NCBI GenBank assembly: GCA_031364845.1
Contig: JANLWX010000213.1
Location: forward strand, 1-11,115
Direction: 5' to 3'
From: Candidatus Eiseniibacteriota bacterium
GTDB lineage: Bacteria > Eisenbacteria > RBG-16-71-46
Length of the DNA: 11,115 nt
The notes under the pieces are model-generated. The model was given only the letters and a program-made list of their open reading frames with translations. It had not been told where the DNA came from and ran no database searches. This document shows, one piece after another, positions 1-8,239 of the stretch. The stretch's first letter is position 1. Each line of letters opens with the position of its first letter. The position numbers and the translations under genes are program-made.

Positions 1-371
1 GCCTGCGCCACCTGGATCGCGCACACGTCGAGCTGCACGTTGTCGACGCGCAGCACGAACGTGTAGCGACCCGGTCTCGGCAGCGCGGTCTGGAAGTTGA
101 GGATCAGATTGCTCACGCCCCCGCCCTGGGGAACGCTGAACTGTCCCTGCATCTTCGGCATCGCCTCGGCGCCGTCATCGTTCATGCAGCGCAGATCGAA
201 CTGATGCGCGCCGGCATCGCCCATCTCGGCTTCGATGCGCGACACGAGTGCTGCCTGCAACGCGTACGGCGGGTTCTGCACCCAAACGTGCGTGATGCCG
301 GCGCGCAGCATGCTGATGGTGCCGTCGGGATGACCGGTCGCGGCTTCGGCGAGAATCATCTTGGCTTTCAT
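1..371 (-). CDS. Small hypothetical protein (DUF6941-like beta-sandwich), runs off the left window edge
   Basis: Not in the ORF track because it has no stop in the window. ATG at 371-369 overlaps the TGA (370-368) of the upstream OmpA-family gene (ATGA). Open for 123 codons: MKAKMILAEAATGHPDGTISMLRAGITHVWVQNPPYALQAALVSRIEAEMGDAGAHQFDLRCMNDDG...NLILNFQTALPRPGRYTFVLRVDNVQLDVCAIQVAQ, with GC-rich third positions. The DUF6941 resemblance is from memory of the family pattern. Confidence 0.8.
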   Translation of the reverse strand, partial: MKAKMILAEAATGHPDGTISMLRAGITHVWVQNPPYALQAALVSRIEAEMGDAGAHQFDLRCMNDDGAEAMPKMQGQFSVPQGGGVSNLILNFQTALPRPGRYTFVLRVDNVQLDVCAIQVAQ

Positions 372-1168
372 TCGGCCTTGTCGACCTTCACACCCTTGGG
401 CAGCACTTCCGGATTGAGCACGCGCAGAACGACGCGCCGATTGCGCAGCAGCTCCTCGTCGTTCTTCTCGTCGGTCTCGGGCCGCGTCTCGCCGTAGCCC
501 TTGGCCTGATACATGTCGGCGGCGAGCTTGAACGAGCCGATCAGGAACGCGCGCACGGATTCGGAACGCGCCTGGCTGAGCCGCATGTTGTAAGGCGCGG
601 CACCGCGCGTGTCGGTGTGGCCCTCGATCTCGATGTTGAGATCGGGGAACTTCTCGAGCGTGCGGCCGACTTCGCGCAGGATCTCTTCGGACTCGGGCAG
701 CAGCTTGGAGCTCGCGGTCTCGAAGTACACGTTCTCGAGACGAATGCGCCCGGTTTCGAGCAGCTGGCGCTCGATCTCGCTCGTGGGGCCGGTCGGCTTG
801 GGCGGCAGCGGGGTCGCGCGCTCCTGCTCCTTGGGAGTCGGCGTCGATGCGGGGCCGCCGCTGAGCTGGCTGTCCGCGCATCCGTTCGCATCGACCTTCA
901 TGCCGGGCGGCGTGCCCGGGCAACGGTCGATGCCGTCGCACACGCCGTCATCGTCGGCGTCGCTCTCGCAACCCCACGAGTCCACCGTGCAGCCCTTCGG
1001 TGTATTGACGCAGTGATCGATGCGGTCGAATACGCCATCGCCGTCCATGTCGACGGCGGGCCAGCGGAAACACGGCGCCTGCGGATCCACGTTCCCCTGC
1101 TCGGCGGCGATCGCGGGCAGCGCCGCGAATCCGCACATGACCACGGCCATCCAGAAGAACTTCTTCAT
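368..1168 (-). CDS. OmpA-family peptidoglycan-binding protein with two thrombospondin type-3 (OprF-like) Ca-binding repeats, no beta-barrel
   Basis: Sec signal peptide (MKKFFWMAVVMCGFAALPAIA/A). Repeats DMDGDGVFDRIDHC...GC and DADDDGVCDGIDRC...GC, then a Pro-rich linker. OmpA_C motifs VYFETAS, IEIEGHTD, NMRLSQARSESV, GYGETRP, NRRV. SD AGGAGG at 1179-1174. Confidence 0.93.
   Translation of the reverse strand: MKKFFWMAVVMCGFAALPAIAAEQGNVDPQAPCFRWPAVDMDGDGVFDRIDHCVNTPKGCTVDSWGCESDADDDGVCDGIDRCPGTPPGMKVDANGCADSQLSGGPASTPTPKEQERATPLPPKPTGPTSEIERQLLETGRIRLENVYFETASSKLLPESEEILREVGRTLEKFPDLNIEIEGHTDTRGAAPYNMRLSQARSESVRAFLIGSFKLAADMYQAKGYGETRPETDEKNDEELLRNRRVVLRVLNPEVLPKGVKVDKAE
878..1051 (-). repeat. 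Two tandem 30-aa TSP3-type repeats (DxDxDGVxDxxDxCxxTPxGxxVDxxGC)
   Basis: aa 40-67 and 70-97 of the OmpA-family ORF align with a 90-nt period. Confidence 0.85.
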
Positions 1169-1193
1169 AGGATCCTCCTGTTCGGGAAAAATC

Positions 1194-1219
1194 GCGGGGG
1201 ACTCGAAGTCCCGCCCCGC
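1194..1219 (-). promoter_or_regulatory. Stem-loop in the 5' leader of the OmpA-family gene
   Basis: GGGACT(1198-1203)/AGTCCC(1207-1212), extended by GCGG/CCGC. On the minus strand it is followed by GA-TTTTT and then the SD. Confidence 0.5.
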
Positions 1220-1280
1220 TCGAATGGGAAGGTATACCGGATTGGGGGGTGCCGCACACGTGAGTTACTCTTTGAGCCTC

Positions 1281-1928
1281 ATGCGCGCGACCAAGGCAGT
1301 CCCGGCCATCATCGCCATGCTCGTTCTGGCGCTCTCATGCCCGGTCGCAGAAGCGGCGGCGGTTCCGATCGCGCCGTCGGGCATCGATCCCGATTCCGGC
1401 GCCGAGCTGATCGGAACGCCGGCACCCGCCTGGACGTTCGATCGCTTCCTGCGCACGAAGCCGCTGTCGCTCCGTTCGCTGCGGGGCAAGGTCGTGCTGG
1501 TGCGCTGGTGGACCGAAGGCTGTCACTTCTGCGGCACGACGCTGCCGGTGATCGAGCGGCTGCGCGTGCGCGACGCGGACCAAGGTCTCGTGGTGCTGGG
1601 CGTGTTCCACCCCAAGCCGCCGCGACCGGTCAAGGATCGGCATGTGCTCGATCTCGCGGACGAGCTGGGATTCGGCGGGCCGATCGCGGTGGATGGCTCG
1701 TGGAAGACGCTCGACCGCTACTGGCTGGCAGCGAACCCCGAACGCAACTGGACATCGGTGTCATTTCTCATCGATCGCGAGGGCATGATCCGCTGGGTGC
1801 ACGGTGGCGGCGAGTACCACCCGAGCGAAGAAACGAAGCACGCGCGCTGCGACGCACAGTATCGTGAGCTCGAACGGGTGCTGGCGGAGGTGCTCGCCGA
1901 AACCCCGGGCGCCGTCGGCAGCCGCTAG
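1281..1928 (+). CDS. Exported TlpA/ResA-like thiol-disulfide oxidoreductase (redoxin domain)
   Basis: Start reassigned to ATG 1281; the track's 1020 start overlaps the OmpA gene. Signal peptide MRATKAVPAIIAMLVLALSCPVAEA, then LIGTPAPAW, LSLRSLRGKVVLVRWWTEGCHFC (CxxC), FLIDREGMIRW. Confidence 0.88.
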   Translation: MRATKAVPAIIAMLVLALSCPVAEAAAVPIAPSGIDPDSGAELIGTPAPAWTFDRFLRTKPLSLRSLRGKVVLVRWWTEGCHFCGTTLPVIERLRVRDADQGLVVLGVFHPKPPRPVKDRHVLDLADELGFGGPIAVDGSWKTLDRYWLAANPERNWTSVSFLIDREGMIRWVHGGGEYHPSEETKHARCDAQYRELERVLAEVLAETPGAVGSR

Positions 1929-1958
1929 GATTTTCGCTCCCGGAGTCGCCACGGGCCC

Positions 1959-2034
1959 AAAAAAAACCGGCCGAGGGCGGGTCACACGTTCGGGGGCCGC
2001 ACCCGAGATCGCGTGAGCCCGGATCCTCGACCGG
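1959..2034 (-). terminator. Long intrinsic-terminator-type hairpin with U8 tail (minus strand)
   Basis: Arms 1967-1976/2025-2034, 1979-1988/2010-2020 and 1990-1994/2002-2006. A8 at 1959-1966 reads U8 on the minus strand directly after the stem. Confidence 0.75.
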
Positions 2035-2117
2035 ATTCGACGCGCACGACGAATCATGCGAGTGGAATCGATCCGCACAGGGCGCGCGGGATTTGCTGTA
2101 TTCAGTCCACGAGATTC
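1959..2117 (-). ncRNA. Candidate ~160-nt small RNA, family unknown
   Basis: Lies between a sigma70-like promoter (TCGCCA-N18-TACAAT) and the U8 terminator. Contains additional hairpins and no credible ORF. Confidence 0.45.
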
Positions 2118-2123
2118 GAAACG

Positions 2124-2153
2124 ATTGTAAGCAGGCTCGCGGGGAGTTGGCGA
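2124..2153 (-). promoter_or_regulatory. Sigma70-like promoter
   Basis: Minus strand: -35 TCGCCA (2153-2148), 18-nt spacer, -10 TACAAT (2129-2124). Confidence 0.5.
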
Positions 2154-2155
2154 GC

Positions 2156-2169
2156 GGTAAACGATTACA
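2156..2169. promoter_or_regulatory. LacI/GalR/CcpA-family operator-like palindrome
   Basis: GGTAAACGATTACA matches TGWAANCGNTNWCA at all but the first base. Weaker copies at 2116-2129 and 2063-2076. Confidence 0.55.
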
Positions 2170-2269
2170 TGATGGCCGCGTCGCTGGCAATGTCAGCAGT
2201 GAAAACTTGCCAGAAACCGGACGGACGGGCGAATTGACCCGTGCGAACGCCGCCTATCGCCTTCATCGA

Positions 2270-2383
2270 GGCCGTTCCTTGAGGCGCGACCCGCCGGGTT
2301 GATAGGCTGGGGCTGCAATCCGGCCGCAATCCGGGCAAAGAGACAAGGGCCGCACCGCCGCGGGATTCTCCCCGGCGGCTTTT
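2270..2383 (+). ncRNA. Candidate structured RNA or attenuator leader upstream of mfd
   Basis: Nested stems 2276-2281/2344-2349, 2294-2301/2327-2334 and 2305-2311/2319-2325, followed directly by an intrinsic terminator. A TTGACC hexamer lies upstream at 2234-2239. Confidence 0.4.
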
Positions 2384-2390
2384 CGCGTTT
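2355..2390 (+). terminator. Intrinsic terminator ~50 nt upstream of the mfd start
   Basis: CCGCCG-c-GGGA-ttc-TCCC-CGGCGG (2355-2378) followed by CTTTTCGCGTTT. Confidence 0.6.
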
Positions 2391-2433
2391 GGAAGAACCT
2401 CACGACCGCGCTTCCTATGCGCAGACGGGATCC

Positions 2434-5963
<3,530 letters not shown>

Positions 5964-5967
<4 letters not shown>

Positions 5968-5992
5968 TCGTCCGCGCCCCCTGCTCTACTTT
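5964..5992 (+). promoter_or_regulatory. Sigma70-like promoter for the foldase gene, overlapping the mfd stop codon
   Basis: TTGATC (5964-5969)-N17-TACTTT (5987-5992); SD GGAGGAG at 6006-6012. Confidence 0.5.
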
Positions 5993-6019
5993 CGCCGCCT
6001 CGCCCGGAGGAGTTGATCC

Positions 6020-7444
6020 ATGAATCCGTTTGCTTCCATGACGCATGCGCCTCGCATGCGATCCGCATCGCTGGTACTCGCCGTGCTCGCGGCGTGCACG
6101 CTCGCTTCGTGCAGCACCGAGCAGCGCGTGCTCGCGCGCGTCGGCACCCATGTCATCACCGCCGATGAGTTCCTCGAGGTCGCGCGCGCATCGCAGGCTC
6201 AGTATCCGGTCCCGCCCGACAGTGCGAAGCGCATGCTGCTCGACGACATGATCCGCCGCGAGTTGATGCTCAACGAGGCCGTCCAGCAGGGCTGGACCAA
6301 GGACACGATGATCGCGGCACTGCGCAACGGCGCCGAGGAGGAACTCGCGCTCGGGGCGCTCACCGAGCAACTCGGGCAGCGTGAGGTTCCGGTGAGCGAT
6401 GCCGAGCTCGCGACGTTCTATGCATGGCGTTCGACCGAGCACCATCTCGAAGCGATCCATGCGTCCAATCCCGCGATCGCTTCGCACGCAGCGACGCTGC
6501 TCGCCGCGGGTGAGCCGTTCACCAATGTCGCCGGCCAGTTCAATGTCAACGGTGTCGTGCCTCCGACCGGCGATCTCGGATTCATCCAGGGCGGGGCACT
6601 CCCGGAGCCGCTCGACAGCCACACCCGCGAGGCGCGGATCGGCGAGTGGTTCGGTCCGCTCCAGGTCGGCAGCGACGCGTGGTTCATCGCGCGCGTGACC
6701 GAGCGCCGCGCGGCCGATCTGCCACCGCAGGAAATGATCCGCGATCAACTGGTCCAGCAGGTGCGCCAGCGCAAGTACCGCGCGCAGATCCAGCGCTCGA
6801 TCGCCATGCTGCGCGAAACCTACGACGTGCGCCTCGAGCCCGGGGCGGCTCAGGAGCTGTTCATGCGCGCGGGCGGCACGTCGGATTCGACCCAGGCACC
6901 GCGTGACGAGAACGACATCGTGCTCGCGCGCTATCGCGGCATGCACGGGGACACGGTGTTCACGATGGCCGACGCGATGCGCGAAGTCGGTTCGGTCGCC
7001 GAGGGCCCGGACTTTTCTTCGATCCCCGCAATCCAGCGCTGGACCGAATCACGCGTGATCCGCCGCGTGGTGCTGGCAGAAGCGCGCCGCCGCCATCTGC
7101 ACGAGGAGCCCGAAGTCGCGCGCCGCCTCGAGGAGCGCGTCGACGGCTCGGCGCTGCAGATGCTCTACGACCGCGAGATCTCGATGCGCGCGACGGTCAG
7201 CGACGAGGAACTGCAAAGGGAATACGTTCAGCGCACCGCAGGCATGGGAGCGCCGCCGTTCGAGCAGGCGCCGACCAACCTGCGCGAGCAACTGCGATCG
7301 ATGGTGCTGGAAGCGCGCCGCGACCAGATGCTTCAGCAGTTCACCGACGAGCTGCGCCGCAAGTATCCGGTGACGATCGACGAAGCGATGTTGAAGCGCC
7401 TGCAGTGGCCGGCCCCGGTGCTCGAGATTCCGCGACAGGGATAG
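6020..7444 (+). CDS. Lipoprotein foldase / PpiC-type peptidyl-prolyl isomerase family (PrsA/SurA-like chaperone domains plus degenerate parvulin)
   Basis: Strong SD and lipobox LASC. SurA_N/PrsA-like segment VLARVGTHVITADEF...LLDDMIRRELMLNEA. Parvulin skeleton LAAGEPF...TGDLGFI...GEWFGPL. C-terminal FTDELRRKYPVTID. Confidence 0.85.
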   Translation: MNPFASMTHAPRMRSASLVLAVLAACTLASCSTEQRVLARVGTHVITADEFLEVARASQAQYPVPPDSAKRMLLDDMIRRELMLNEAVQQGWTKDTMIAALRNGAEEELALGALTEQLGQREVPVSDAELATFYAWRSTEHHLEAIHASNPAIASHAATLLAAGEPFTNVAGQFNVNGVVPPTGDLGFIQGGALPEPLDSHTREARIGEWFGPLQVGSDAWFIARVTERRAADLPPQEMIRDQLVQQVRQRKYRAQIQRSIAMLRETYDVRLEPGAAQELFMRAGGTSDSTQAPRDENDIVLARYRGMHGDTVFTMADAMREVGSVAEGPDFSSIPAIQRWTESRVIRRVVLAEARRRHLHEEPEVARRLEERVDGSALQMLYDREISMRATVSDEELQREYVQRTAGMGAPPFEQAPTNLREQLRSMVLEARRDQMLQQFTDELRRKYPVTIDEAMLKRLQWPAPVLEIPRQG

Positions 7445-7456
7445 GAGAGCCCGGCC

Positions 7457-8239
7457 CTACCGCAACCGCCGCCGCACCTCCGCCGCGCGCCGTTCGCTCG
7501 CCTCGACGCGCGTGCCGTCCTTGAGCCGCAGCACCAGCACGCCGTCCTCGCCTCCGTAGGATTCGATCGCTTCGAGATTCACGAGCGCTCCGCGGTGAAC
7601 GCGGACGAACTGCTCCCGCGGCAGCCGGTGTTCGAGTTCCTGGAGCGTGTAGTCGACCAGGTACTCCTTCCCCTCCGCGCGCGCCAGCACCAGCCGGTCG
7701 CGCGAGAACACGATCGGCACCTCGCTCAGATCGAGCAGCTTCACCTCGCGCCGATGGCGCACGGGCAGGCGCTTGAGCGGCGGCATCTGCTCCTGCATCT
7801 CCGGCGTGTCGAGAGCCGCGCGCACCGCCTTCGCGTTGCCCGACGACTTGCCGTTGCGCACTTCGGCCACCGCGCGCCGCACCGTCTCGCCGAGCCGGTC
7901 GCGCTTGAGCGGCTTCAAGACGTAGTCGAGTGCCGCGACCTCGAACGCTTCGACGGCGTAACGATCGTACGCGGTGACGAACACCACGAACGGCAACGCG
8001 CCGGAGCGTTCGCGCACGATGTGGCGCGCGACCTCGAGGCCCGAGAGATCCGGCATGTGAATGTCGAGGAACGCGACGTCGGGGGACAGCCGCGCCGCCA
8101 GCTCGATGGCCTCCGACCCGCCGCGCGCGGAACCGACCACTTCGATGTCTTCGTGTTCGCCGAGCAACTTCTCGAGAAACTGTCGTGCCCGCGGTTCGTC
8201 GTCCGCGATCATCACCCGCACCGGGGTATCCGTCGTCAT
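7457..8239 (-). CDS. LytTR-family response regulator (REC + LytTR)
   Basis: REC motifs IADDE, FLDIHMP (phospho-Asp), FVTAYD, DYVLKP. LytTR motifs YTLQELEHRLP, FVRVHRGALVN, ASERR. ATG overlaps the kinase TGA (ATGA at 8239-8236). Confidence 0.95.
   Translation of the reverse strand: MTTDTPVRVMIADDEPRARQFLEKLLGEHEDIEVVGSARGGSEAIELAARLSPDVAFLDIHMPDLSGLEVARHIVRERSGALPFVVFVTAYDRYAVEAFEVAALDYVLKPLKRDRLGETVRRAVAEVRNGKSSGNAKAVRAALDTPEMQEQMPPLKRLPVRHRREVKLLDLSEVPIVFSRDRLVLARAEGKEYLVDYTLQELEHRLPREQFVRVHRGALVNLEAIESYGGEDGVLVLRLKDGTRVEASERRAAEVRRRLR

Noticed and set aside
1020..1280. N-terminal extension of the redoxin ORF
   Set aside because: Overlaps the divergent OmpA-family gene; the signal peptide begins at ATG 1281.
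2184..2213. TGGCA motifs as sigma54 promoters or a CIRCE element
   Set aside because: GG-to-GC spacing is off by two on both strands, and the arms do not match TTAGCACTC-N9-GAGTGCTAA.
1761..2302. Short ORFs crossing the redoxin-mfd interval (105, 140, 70, 74, 69 aa)
   Set aside because: No clear SD, composition not protein-like, and they overlap the redoxin gene or run through the terminator hairpin and operator region.
2296..2325. GGGTTGATAGGCTGGG resembles the 23S rRNA 3' region; CTGCAA loop resembles a tRNA-Cys anticodon; GAGG...CGAC...AGGCT resembles an SAH riboswitch
   Set aside because: Each resemblance is short. No flanking rRNA similarity, no T-arm/acceptor/CCA, and the SAH GAGCGCUGC core and pseudoknot partner are missing.
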